Below are positions 52,641 to 64,000 of a stretch of 64,000 nt of DNA, piece after piece. The position numbers and the translations under genes are program-made. Numbering within the stretch: position 1 is the stretch's first letter; each line of letters opens with the position of its first letter. Origin of the DNA: Camelus dromedarius (lineage: Eukaryota); NCBI RefSeq assembly GCF_036321535.1, contig NC_087436.1, positions 95,978,001 through 96,042,000 on the forward strand. The letters run 5' to 3'. A model generated the notes under the pieces. The model made no database searches and was not told where the DNA came from. It was given only the letters and a program-made list of their open reading frames with translations.

Positions 52641-53689
52641 TACTTTAAAAAGGAAAAATAATTATATGTCATCGTGTAACATCAAGAAACCATACACCTT
52701 CCTCCAGAATGGTGGTTGCCAAACTTTGGCAACACGTTAGATCACTTGGGGAGATTTTTATCACTTCTAATGACCAGGTTACACTCTCTACCAATTAAAT
52801 GGGAATGTCTGGGTATGGGAAACAGGCACCAGAATATTTTAAAGATGCCAGGTAATTACCAATGTCCAGCTAAGTTTTGGACATTGCTCCAGAGACTATT
52901 TTCTGAAGAGGCAGCTGTGTTTTGCTTGAAAGAATGTAGACTCAGGAAGGCAAATATATCAGTTGGAAATGTTTTTGTCTAAAATTAGCAGCGAAACCAG
53001 TTAATGGTAGCTAAACGCAAAGAACACTTAATTTTATTTAACAGTGTGTTCTGAGGTTCCGTGATGTCATCAGGGACCCCTGTTCTGCCCAAAGAAGGAC
53101 ATTCTCAGTTCTTGGCTTCTCATTCTTGTTTTCGTTACCTCCTGGTCACAAGATGGCTGCTGCAGCTTCAGGTATTTTGAATTCACATCAGTTTCCCAAG
53201 GTAGAATGAAGGTGGGGGTGGTGTATAAACACTTTATTCCCCTGAGGTTCTGCCATTTATCTGAGATACAGACTCTCTCAACCAACTTCCCCTACATCTC
53301 TTTGTCTAGAAATGCTCACAGGTCCACCTCTAATCCAACTCTCTCAGAAAGAAACAGAACAGCATAATGGTTTAGCTCAAACACGTTTAATCAACTGTGC
53401 CTGGAATAGATGCCTCCCTCCCTGAGATGAATAGATTTCCACTGGTTGATGTTCTGCTAGCCACAAAGAAGTGGGGTGACTGCTTATTGGGCAGCCAACA
53501 AACAGTCTGCAACAAGCAAGCCATGAAAAGACTGAAAGGAGGAAGCAGAGAAGAAACAAGACTTAGGAAACCACAGACTTCCCAGTTTTGCAATGAAAGG
53601 AGCTCTAGCTATGCCTATTACAGCAGCTCTGGCTGAGGCTGCTGGCACCACATCAGAAATGCATTTTACCTGTATTCCTTTTTTCTTCT

Positions 53690-54295
53690 TTATATATATA
53701 TATTTTTTTCATTGAAGTATAGTCAGTTAGAATGTGTTAATCTCTGGTGTACAGCATAATGTCCCAGTCATGCATATACACACATATATTCATCTTCATA
53801 AAGGTTATTACAAGATACTGAATATAGTGCCCTGTGTTATACAGAAATTTTTTTAATCTATTTTTATATATAATAGTTAATATTTGCAAATTTTGAACTC
53901 CCAAATTTATCACTTCCCACTCCCTTTTCCCCAGGTAACCATAAAATTATCACTATGTCTGAGAGTCTGTTTCTGTTTTGTAGATGAATTCATTAGTGTC
54001 TTCTTCTTTCTTTTTTTGGATTCCACATATGAGTGATATCAGATAGTATTTTCCTTTCTCTTTCTGGCTTACTTCGCTTAGAATGACAATCTCCAGGTCC
54101 ATCCATGTTGCTGCAAATAGCATTATTTTATTCTTTGTATGGCAGAGTAGTATTCCATCATATAAATATACCACAGCATCTTTATCCAGTCTTCTGTCGG
54201 TGGACATTTAGGGTGTTTCCATGCCTTGGCTATTGTCTACAGTGCTGCTGTGAACACTGGGGTGCATATATCTTTTTGAATTAGAGTTCCCTCTG
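53690..54295 (-). mobile_element. 5'-truncated L1
   Basis: Reverse of the L1 3' end; ORF 53953-54207 contains FAATWMDLEIVILSEVSQKEK. Confidence 0.92.
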
Positions 54296-54921
54296 TGTTG
54301 ACTATTCATAGTCTTAGATTACAAAAGTAAGTAATGATTCTTGTCCCCTTTCTTTCTACAGAGCAGGGGAGAAAGAAATGCCAACAGATGATTGATATTT
54401 AACATGATAGCTGCTCTAATGGTCACATATTCAGCAAAAAGGTAGATCATGGAAAAAGAAATTCTGAGCTAGAAAGGGATTAGAGCAAGATTCATGAAGG
54501 ATACAATTTTGACACAAGCACTAGCTACAGGGCAAATAGGCGTTATCCAGGCAGATGGTCTGTGGGAGGGCATTCCAGGGAGAGAGAACAGTGTGTAAAC
54601 AGGCAAGCAGGTTTAAGAGAGCTTTGGGAATTACAAGAAGTTCAATACTGAGGGCTCGTGAAAATTTAAAGATCAGAGTGGCAGAAAATGAGTCCCTGAG
54701 GGAAAGTGCCTAAAGGTGTTTAGCTTTTTTTTAAGAGTAAAAATAATAATTATGTAGCATTGTGATGTCATATGGCCTCAGCAGTACACAGGAAGCAGGG
54801 ACCTATGCCTTGCAAGGTGGTGTTTTATCCAGGTTCCAAAGTGGGGAGGCAACAAGGTCCAGGAGGCTCACCAACCAACAGAGAAAGGAGGAGCTTATTG
54901 AAGAATTTTAAAAGGTATATA

Positions 54922-55055
54922 GGGGGGAGGGTATAGCTTAAGTGGTAGAGCACATGCTTAGCAGACAGAAGGTCCTGGGTTCAATCCCCAGTACCTCCTC
55001 TAAAAATGAAATAAACCTAATTACCTCCCCTACCAAAAATAAAAACAAAAAAAAC
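54922..55055 (+). mobile_element. Camelid tRNA-derived SINE (Vic-1-like)
   Basis: gggggagggtatagcttaagtggtagagcacatgcttagc...gggttcaatccccagtacctcc. Confidence 0.9.
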
Positions 55056-55425
55056 CCTGAAAGGCATTGAAGACTTTTATCCCAGTATATATACTTCCTG
55101 GTATAAAATCTGGAAACAGACATGTTATTTTATCATGTATTATATATCAATAAGCTATCATTTTAAACACATAATTCTTGTGTTTCTAGACTTGATAGAC
55201 ATCCTATATTTTAGAATAAAACAAGCTTCAAAATGTGCTCTAAATAAAAAAAAACAAGGTACAGAACAGCATGTACAATATGCTAACATTGGTAAAAATA
55301 AAAACTATACGTGTGTTTATTTCTGCATAGAATTCTTCTGGAAGGAGACCCAAGAAACTAATAGCAGTATTTATTTGGGAGGACAAATTGGATGGTTGGG
55401 GGATTGAGTAAGAGGAAAATTTAAA

Positions 55426-56181
55426 CATTTTCATATTGTTTTTTACCATGTTACTACAAGATATTGAATATAGTTCCATGTGCTATGTAGTATGAACTTG
55501 TTTATCTATTTTATATATATTAGTTAGTATCTGCAAATCTCAAACTCCCAGTTTATCCCTTCCTACCCACTTCCCCCTCTGCTAACCATAAGTTATTTTT
55601 CTATGTCTGTGAGTGTTTCTGTTCATTTGTAATAAGTAAATAGGTTGTAAATAAGTTCATTTGTCTTTTTTTTTTTTTTTAAGATTCCATATATGAGTGA
55701 TATCACATGCTATTTTTCTTTCTCTTTCTGGCTTACTTCACTTAGAATGACAATCTCCAGTTCCATTCATGTTGCTACAAATGGCATTATTTTATTTGTT
55801 ATGGCTGAGTAGTATTCCATTGTATAAATATGCCACAACTTCTTTATCCAGTCATCTGTTGATGGACATTTAGGCAAATCAAAACTACAATGAGGTATCA
55901 CCTCACACCAGTCAGAATGACCATCACTAAAAAGTCCACAAATGATAAATGCTGGAGAGAGTGTGGAGAAAAGGGAACCCTCCTACACTGTTGGTGGAAA
56001 CGTAGTTTGGTGCAGCCATTATGGAAAACAGTATGGAGATTCCTCAAAAGACTAAAACTAGACTTATTATATGATCCAACAATCCCACTCCTGGGCATAT
56101 AACCAGAGGGAACCTTAATTCAAAAATACACATGCACCCCAATGTTCATAGCAGCACTATTTATAATAGCCAAGACATGGA
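55426..56181 (-). mobile_element. L1 with 5' inversion (twin priming)
   Basis: 55426-55874 is L1 3' sequence on the minus strand. 55875-56181 is the adjacent upstream L1 segment on the plus strand ([10 protein letters not shown]...[15 protein letters not shown]). Confidence 0.9.
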
Positions 56182-56519
56182 TAAAACCATTTTTAATGTT
56201 AGGAAAATCACACTGGAGGTAGTAAAGAGGATTCTGAAGGTGATCATTTCACTCAACAATCCTATGTGAGCACCAGGATACCAGGGTGAACACGGCAGAC
56301 CCCGCCCCGCCTGGACTGAGCTTACAACCTACCAGAGAGGACAGTTACACAAGAGTTAAGCAACCACATGGGCTCTGGAATCCTACTCAGGTGAAGACAA
56401 CAAATCCCTGGTCTGAGTACACAATCCTTAGTGCCGAAGAAGTTATTCCTGTGGCAAAACTTCCACGTAGCAGGCCTCCGTTTCTCACTTTTACATTGTT
56501 GATGTCAAGCTGGAAGAGA

Positions 56520-56850
56520 GGTGCATACGTTTTTCTGTAAAGGGCAGCTAGTAAATATTGTAGGCTTTGCAGGCCAGACTGTCTCTGTCACCACTACTCA
56601 ACCCTGCTACTGAAGCACAAAGCAGCCATGGCCAATACCTAGAAAAGGAGTATGGCTGTGGTCCAGGAAAATGATTGGAAAGTTTGCAAGTCTCTTGGAG
56701 GCACCAGTAAAACTTTGGACGTCATATAATTTTTATGTGTCATGAAATATTATTGTTCTTTTGATTTTTCTCCAGCTCTTTAAAAATGTAAAATCTCTTC
56801 TTAGCTTGCAGGTGGTAGTACCAAAATAGGCAGTAGTGTGCTCACCCCTA
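56520..56850. mobile_element. MER58-like hAT-Charlie MITE
   Basis: ttttctgtaaagggcagctagtaaatattgtaggctttgcaggcca...actactcaaccctgc. Confidence 0.75.
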
Positions 56851-59374
56851 ACTTGAAATATTGCTCCCATGTTCAAATTCCAACTCTGTTCCTATAAAAT
56901 CTCGACACCTCAAATGAATACTTAGTTGGCGCTAGGCACTAGCTCTGCTGGCCCACTGAAGCTTTATGGTTCTGTTGCAGATGGCTTGATTTGCATTTCA
57001 TTTTGGTTTAACTTTGCATTTTTCCTTCCTAACTCCTGATCACTCTTACTCATGCTGCATTGTGTGCTGATTTGAAATGGAGTCCTGTGCTGCAATAAAG
57101 GTCACGAAAGAAGATTTAATTCCTCTGTGACTGCTGGTTAATTCATTTCTGGACGTTAGAACCACTTTTACGAGCCCCACACCATATGCCACATGAATAT
57201 CATTACGTGCTCCCTAGAGCTCCTGTTACTGCCATCTGTCTGTGACTTCCTGTGTGGTTTCTTTGGCAACAGGGAAATCATCTATCAAAATGTTTCTATA
57301 AATTAAGTTTTAAAAACCCAATTCTAAACAACATCTGCCTCTAAAGTTAGATGTATATTTTCAAGGCTTAAACATTTGAAGCACATTAATAATTATCTCT
57401 ATTGTAAAGCCATGGTTGGAAATTATGAGTATATTGTAGTCCTTCACCCAGGTAACATCCAGATACAAGCACTGCCAACCCTGCAAAACCCTCCAAAAGT
57501 AAATCTCTAAAATCTCCCATTTTGACGACTCTGGCATGTTACTCGGACCTTGACATTCTGACTTATTAGGGCTCTGTTCTTAGACACACCCAGAAATTTC
57601 CATCCATTTAAAAGCAGGAGTTGCTCTTGTTCATTTTGTTGTTGTGTCCCCAGTATTTAACACAACACCTAGCACTTAGCAGAATTTGTGTTGACTCGTA
57701 CTGAAATGCTGAGCTTCTAGGTCATATTTCATATCAGTGACAGGGTTTTCACTCAGTGTGACACTGGTGATTGGTTGCAAAGAAAATGAATTGTTTGATG
57801 TTGTCTTGGTGGCTCATTAAGAATGTATATAAAAATGCATATTTATATTATGAAGATGAATAAGACACTCAGAATAAAACATTTTAGATCTTCAGACGAA
57901 TGCACAGTATAAATTGCCCAGGATCACCAGATGTGAATCAAAGTATCTCAACCTCTGAGTGAGAAGATCTTGATTTAAATGCCAGCTCTTTACAAGCTCT
58001 AAAATACTAAAGAAAAAAAAAAAAAAAAAAAGACTATCCATCATCTTGGATCTATTTTGGTCTCTGTGAAACAAGGACAGTAATTCCTGCCCTCCCACCT
58101 ACCTCAAAGAAGTGATACAAGAATTGACCAAGATGGTGTAAATGACTGAAATTTACAAATGAAAATTCACAAGTGCAAATGTAAGACTTATTCATTCACA
58201 TGCCCATTCTCAGCCTACTAAGGGCAAAGCACTGGGAAATACAGATGTTGTGAAAAGAAAGATAAATGGTTTTTAAAGGCAAACAAACGAGTGGCACACA
58301 GAGGAGACTGCAAGAGTGCTCCTCAACTTGAGTGGCCTGAAGAATCAGGTGGAAGGCATGTTAAACATGCAGACTCCTGAGCCCCACCAGGGACATCCGG
58401 TGTGATAGATCTGGGTTTGGGCAACGGACTCTATAGATGTAACAAACTCCCCAGGAGCCCCAGGAGATTCTGATGCAGGTGGCCCATGAACCAGACTGTG
58501 AGAATGCCAGCTTATGATTTAACAGGGAAGTTAGAAAGGAAAATCAATAATTAATTTCAGATCCCCAAAACAGGCCTGCGATAGTTTGTTAAAGTGCTGC
58601 TCACAGGCTGTGAGGAAGCGGGAAACAAGTAGCGATGAGATGGGGAAAGGTACAACAATGGTGCGCCAGGTGCGTTCTCCCCCTCCTTCCCACGTTTTCT
58701 GTCCTTTCCACTGGTGACTCCAACCCTAGATTTCTTTCAAGAGTTGGCATATTTCTAAGGATTCAGTTGAGTTTTACACATTTACACATTTCCCTCACAG
58801 TGCCACATCTGTAAAAGAGAGACTGACAACCCTTCTGAACAGGATTCAGGTTCCAGATTTGAGATTAAACAGCCTTATGACTCACAGTAACTTGGCTGCT
58901 AAAGGCTTTTGGTTTTGTTTCTCTAAACAGAGGTAATTTCTGATTTAGCTACCTCCCTCATAGAACTATTTTGCTCAACAAACGATGTATGTGAAATACT
59001 TTTAAACTTTAGGGCCAGATTTACACATATATTATTTTGAAAAAAATATCCATCAAATGTACACTAAGGATTAATGAATGTGGTTTGAGTTATTTAAATT
59101 GCGTTCCTACACCTAAAACTTTAACTTAACATTTCCTATTAGCAGGTGATATGAATAATTAAAATTTCTAATTCAACCTGAAGGAAATTACTCCTACTGA
59201 ATTTTTAATAAAACATCCAAACTATGAATATCTCAGCTATTGCCTCCAGTTCATGCTGATTAATGTAGCTTATGAAATCATCGCTCTCGAAACCGATCAA
59301 TTTTCTTGAGAATCTTCTCATTTCTTCTTTATATCAAGTTCAAATACTTTATTTAATAATTAGTTAATTAATCT

Positions 59375-59710
59375 TTAAAAAATTTTTATTAAGGTATAAT
59401 TGATACACAAATAATTTTGCATATTTAATGTAAACATTTTGATGAGTTTGGACATATGCAAACACCCATGATACCATTACCAAATCAAGGAACTAAACAT
59501 ATCTTACTTCCAAAAAATTCCTTGGGTTTTCTTTTGTGGGTTTGAGTGCGTGTATGTGTATGTGTGTGTTTGTGTGTAGTAAGACCTAACATGAGATCTA
59601 TTCTCTTAACAAATTTCATGGTGCACAAGGCCGTATTATTAACTAGAGGTACCATGTCGTACAGCAGATCTCTAGAATTTCTTCATCTTGCATAACTGAA
59701 ACTTACAAGA
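59375..59710 (-). mobile_element. L1 (L1MA/MB-like) 3' end
   Basis: tttattaaggtataattgataca...gtacagcagatctctagaatttcttcatcttgcataactgaaact. Confidence 0.8.
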
Positions 59711-60759
59711 CTGCTCAGAAATAGCTGAGCAACTGTCTTCTCATTATTTACCTTAACATATTTTTAGTGAATATACACATAATGCTAAGGCAGTCTCAGA
59801 CAAATTGAACTTCAGGGTTCAGAGTGAGGCTTTATTCTTACAGACACCTAAGCTCCTATATTAGCAAGTCCCTGCACTTGGCTCCATATAAGAACCCAGG
59901 TTTGCAGCCTAAGGTTTAGGGATGCACTGGCATTCTTGCCTTGCCTGTAAAAATCTCCCCTCATCCAAACTGTGCTCATCTATCAAGGCTCAACCCAAAT
60001 ATCACCCTCTTTATTAAGCCAAAAGTGATTTCTTTCCCCTCTGAACCATGAGACTAACTTGTGGCTTTCCTGTGGCACCCAACTTACTCTGATGTGACTT
60101 GCAGTGATTTGTGCATGTGTCATTTTTCGAGTAGACACAAACAGTGAGCAGGGACCATGCCACACATCTCCGTACCTCCTGTACTGAGTACAGAGCCCAA
60201 CTGTCCTTAGAAATAAACTCCAGACTCATGTCATGGTCTTCATTCATCTTTCATTCATTTAACAAATAACTATTAAGCACCTACCATGGGCCAGGCCCTG
60301 TGTGACCTGTGGTGATGTAGCAGTGGACGAGAAAGACCACGTCGTTCTCTAATCGGGGCCCCCTTCTAGAGGCTGTAGACAGGCACTGAAAACATAATTA
60401 GCGAGAAATGCTTTGCAGAGGCTTGAGAGAGACATGAGAGGGACAGAGTCATCCTGTGGACTGGGCATTGAGCAATGTACTCCCAGAGAAGGACTTTTCA
60501 GTGGAGTCTGAGGATGAGAAGGAAGCAACATCTTGGAGAATTGGTGGCAGAAGAAATGCAGATAGAGGAAAGAGCAAGTGCATGGAGCCTGGAGACCCCA
60601 AGGGGGAGAAAGGGGACCGATGTGGCTAAAACCCAGTAAACAAGGGGTGCAGGGGAGGAGACTTTAACAACCATATTTTGGACTCAAGTTCAGAGGACCT
60701 ACTTCAAAACACCTTCAATTTAAATACATAACCACTAATATTTGAGAGACTAATTTTTG

Positions 60760-62640
60760 TTTCAAAAATAAGTTAACTGGAGAATATGACACCCATCATC
60801 ATTTGATAAGAAAGTTTTATCATCATTTTAATGACAATTCTTTCCTGTTGCATTATGTTTTATAACATAGTATTATTTTTATTATATAATAACTGGATTA
60901 TTTGTCTAACAAGCTAAGATCCTATCAATAGTTACAGGAAGATGGAACTTTTTCAGAATCCAGCATATCTTCAGTATATTTTCATGTGTCACTCTACACT
61001 AAATGCTGTTCCATATGGCTAGATCAGGTTTAATTAACTGTGGGGAGTGGCAGCAATAGTTAAAATTAGTTTGTTAAAACCAGAAATAGACTCACTAACA
61101 GAGAAATCAAACTATGGTTACCAAAGAGGAAAGGCGGGGAGAGGGATAAATTAAGAGTTTGGGATTAACAGATGTATACTACTAAATATAAAATAGATAA
61201 ACAACAAGGGCTTACTGTATAGCACAGGGAGCTATATTCAATTTCTTGTAATGTGCTATAATGGAAAAGAATTTGAAAAAAAATTGTATGTATATGTACA
61301 ACTGAATCTCTTTTCTGTACACCTGAAAGTAACATTGTTAGTTTCAACTACACTTCAGTAAAAAAAAAAGTAAAAGAAAAAAAAGAAATGAAAAAACAAT
61401 TAGTTTGTTAACACACACTTTGCTTTACTGATCCCCAGACCTCACTGGGGAAGACAGTCCGAGCGCGACTGACTGCTTCAAGGAGGGCTGCTCGCAACCC
61501 TGTCAGCAACAGCGCTGACCTGTGAACCAGTCCCTCCCTGTCTGCTGTGAGGTAAGGACAGAAACTGGAAGTGAGCAATTAGAAAGAAACCTTCAGAGCA
61601 ATTCTTGGTACCTCCATGAGATCCAGGCATGTGATCGATGTTAGCAAACGTGGTTTGAAGTTTAAGTTTTAGGGAGAGTGTGTTCGGATGGAACGGCGGC
61701 AGGGACAGAGCGCCGTTTTGGAGAGGTCACCGTGATTGAGGACCTGCACCTTTGCTTCATCAAGGAAGTCGCGTATGTAAAAAACATGTCAGCTGAACTG
61801 AACAGCGTCCTAAGTGGTGTAAGAACAGTTGTGACTTATGTAGAGGTTACTGTGTTAATTTCAAGGTCCTCCTCTTTATTATTTTGTAACATGGAAGCTG
61901 ATCACAAACAACTGTTAAGGCATGAGATACGATGGTTTCTGAGGGGAAAATTCTGTTGCGAATGTTTAAACTTAGAGTAAACTTTTAGTGTTTCTGCAAG
62001 ATGAGAAATCAGTTTCCCAACTTTTTAAAGATACAAAAAAGACCGTTTATACCTTTTTATTGTCTGATATCTTCATATTTTTAATAATATTAATACTCCA
62101 TTAACATTCTTTTATGACAGAAATGAATGAAAAGGCAAGAATAGATAGTTCAAATAACAGAATTTTTATAAATTGTTACGACATTTCTCTCAACACTCAT
62201 TACCAATGAAGTAGGGGATAAGCTAGATATTTCACACCTGTGAAAACATATCCCTGGACAGCTTATGAATTTGATAGAACATTTTGAAATTCTTGGATCT
62301 AGAATCTATTTCCTCCAAAGATATTATAAATTTAGCTAATTTTTTACAGGATAACTTGTTAACATTGGCTGTTAATGAAGCACTGAGATGAATTATTTTG
62401 GATAAGAATTAATGAATATCCTAAGCTTGCTAAAATTGCTCTGACATCTCTATTCCATTTCTGTCAAATTACTTCTGTGACACTGGCTTCTCTGCTATGA
62501 GTTTAGTAAGACAAGTTATAGAAGCAGTTTCGACATATCCTTAGTAAGTAATAGTCACCTGCTAACCCACGTTAGCTAAATTAACAGGAAGGAAGCAGCT
62601 CATTTTTCCCCATTGAAAACTTTAAACATTGATATTTCCT
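60760..62640 (+). mobile_element. Degenerate hAT-Charlie (Charlie1-like) transposase remnant
   Basis: ORF 61678-61980 has CSDGTAA, HLCFI, KNMSAELNSVLS and NMEADHKQLLRHEIRWFLRGK (hAT catalytic D, CxxH region and RW motif). Near 62395-62500 FWIRINEYPKLAKIAL...CDTGFSAM matches the hATC dimerisation domain. Left boundary is approximate. Confidence 0.85.
61078..61397 (+). mobile_element. 5'-truncated L1 inserted in the Charlie fossil
   Basis: Perfect 14-bp TSD aattagtttgttaa at 61064-61077 and 61398-61411; A-rich tail. Confidence 0.93.
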
Positions 62641-62836
62641 TGATCACTTTCTGGGCCGCGATTGCAGTGGTTAGTATGAGTGGGGACTGCAAGACTTTGG
62701 GAGTGAACAGAAGGATAAGTTGATGTATAAACTGAATCCAGCCAAGTGAACCATGTAACACCTTCCTTCCTTGAAGCTGAGGAGTCATGGCCCAGAAACT
62801 CCAAATAGATTAAGAATGTAAAAACAAACAAAACCA

Positions 62837-62878
62837 GAGAGAGAGAAATTGAGAGAGAGAAATTGAGAGAGAGAAAAG
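62837..62878. repeat. Short tandem repeat (gagagagagaaatt) x~3
   Basis: Read directly from the sequence. Confidence 0.8.
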
Positions 62879-63431
62879 GAGAGCGAATTTCCCATCTGGG
62901 TCACCAACAAAAACCTAGTTAGCAGCCCAGTCAGATCATTTGATGATCTCAAGCAAGCAAAGAAAGTAACTTCAAAAACTATATGAAATGGTAGTCACTC
63001 TTCCCCCTCCAAATTATGAAGAACATGGAGATATTTCTCAGTGGATAAGCATCTCTCATCCTTGGGAAGATACAGAATTAAGAGAAATGTTCAAGAGAAT
63101 GGAGCACTTACCATTAATATTTATTAAGGTGGAGGGATCGACACATATTTGGGAAGAAATCAGGGCCTTTCTCTACCTCTCTCTCCCTTCCAATCAGAGG
63201 GTTTCCCATGGTCCCTGCAGCTGGTAAGAGCCTCGGCTTCAGACCTGAATGAGCACGGACTTTAACCCCACCATCATCACTTCCAGAGATGTGATCCGTA
63301 ATAAGTTCTTTGCCTCTCTAAGCCTCAGTTTGCTCATCTATTTAATACTGTTCACCTGATAGCACTCTAAGGCCTAGAGGACACGTGTAGGATGTCGGTA
63401 CAGAATAAGTGCTTGATGTAGAGTGGTGTCT

Positions 63432-63842
63432 CCAGTTATCTGTTGCCAAGTAACAAACCACACCAAGCTATGGGTGTTAAAACAACAACCATCTTTGTTA
63501 TGCCCATGGATTCCTTGGACCAGGAATTCAGAAAGGGCATGGCAGAAACAACTCTTCTCTTCTCCGTGATGTCTGGGATCTGAGTTGGAGTGACTCAAAT
63601 GGCTGAGGGTAAATCGAATGGGTGGGGGTTGGAATAGCTGGGGCTGGGGGATCCACTCTCACAGTGGTTTCTCTACTCAAGCACCTAGTGCCTGAGCTGA
63701 GATGGCTAAAGAATGTGCCCAGCTAAGATTGTTCACAGCAGCGCTTACACACACGCCCTTTCCACGTGGCTTGGCTTCCTTAGAGCCTGGCAACCTCAGG
63801 GCAGTCAAATTTCTCAGTGATGACTCAGAACTAACTCAGTAT
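63432..63842 (-). mobile_element. MLT1-type MaLR LTR
   Basis: cagttatctgttgccaagtaacaaaccacacc...ttaaaacaacaacc...ggcttggcttccttagagcctggcaacctcagggcagtc. Confidence 0.75.
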
Positions 63843-64000
63843 CAAAAGCTACTGTGGCAGTTTTAAATCATGGCCCCACGTTCCTGATACTCTTCCTATC
63901 AAGAAACCTCTGATGAATCTTTTAAGAAAGGAATGCACGAGTACTGTAAAACCTCCCAAAGTCTGTTAGTTACTACACTAGGTGTGCAGGAGTAGGAGCA

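Noticed and set aside
61678..61980. Domesticated transposase gene (ZBED5/Buster-like)
   Set aside because: Only a 100-aa degraded fragment; the flanks carry stops and indels, and an L1 insertion interrupts the element.

Overview
Mammalian genomic DNA, very probably camelid (alpaca, llama or camel), judged from several tRNA-derived SINEs of the camelid Vic-1 type (GGGGAGGGTATAGCTCAAGTGGTAGAG...). The left end holds the 5' part of PGM2 on the minus strand: a CpG-island promoter, coding exon 1 (6498-6548) and exon 2 (2196-2363), with the gene continuing off the left edge. The remaining ~57 kb is repeat-rich upstream/intergenic DNA (L1, L2, MIR, MaLR/ERV LTRs, hAT and Tigger fossils). It contains one young, full-length processed pseudogene of ERAL1 (28320-30193). 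I see no novel multi-gene system. The best leads are: (1) the ERAL1 retrocopy has a single disabling lesion, a 4-nt loss after c.711 that may record a mis-spliced mRNA; (2) PGM2 lacks the ATG at the human start position; (3) an isolated 43-bp duplication sits near both ends of PGM2 intron 1; (4) several atypical L1-mediated insertions; (5) CpG-rich patches that may be regulatory. Repeat family names are from recall of consensus sequences, and repeat boundaries are approximate unless TSDs are given.
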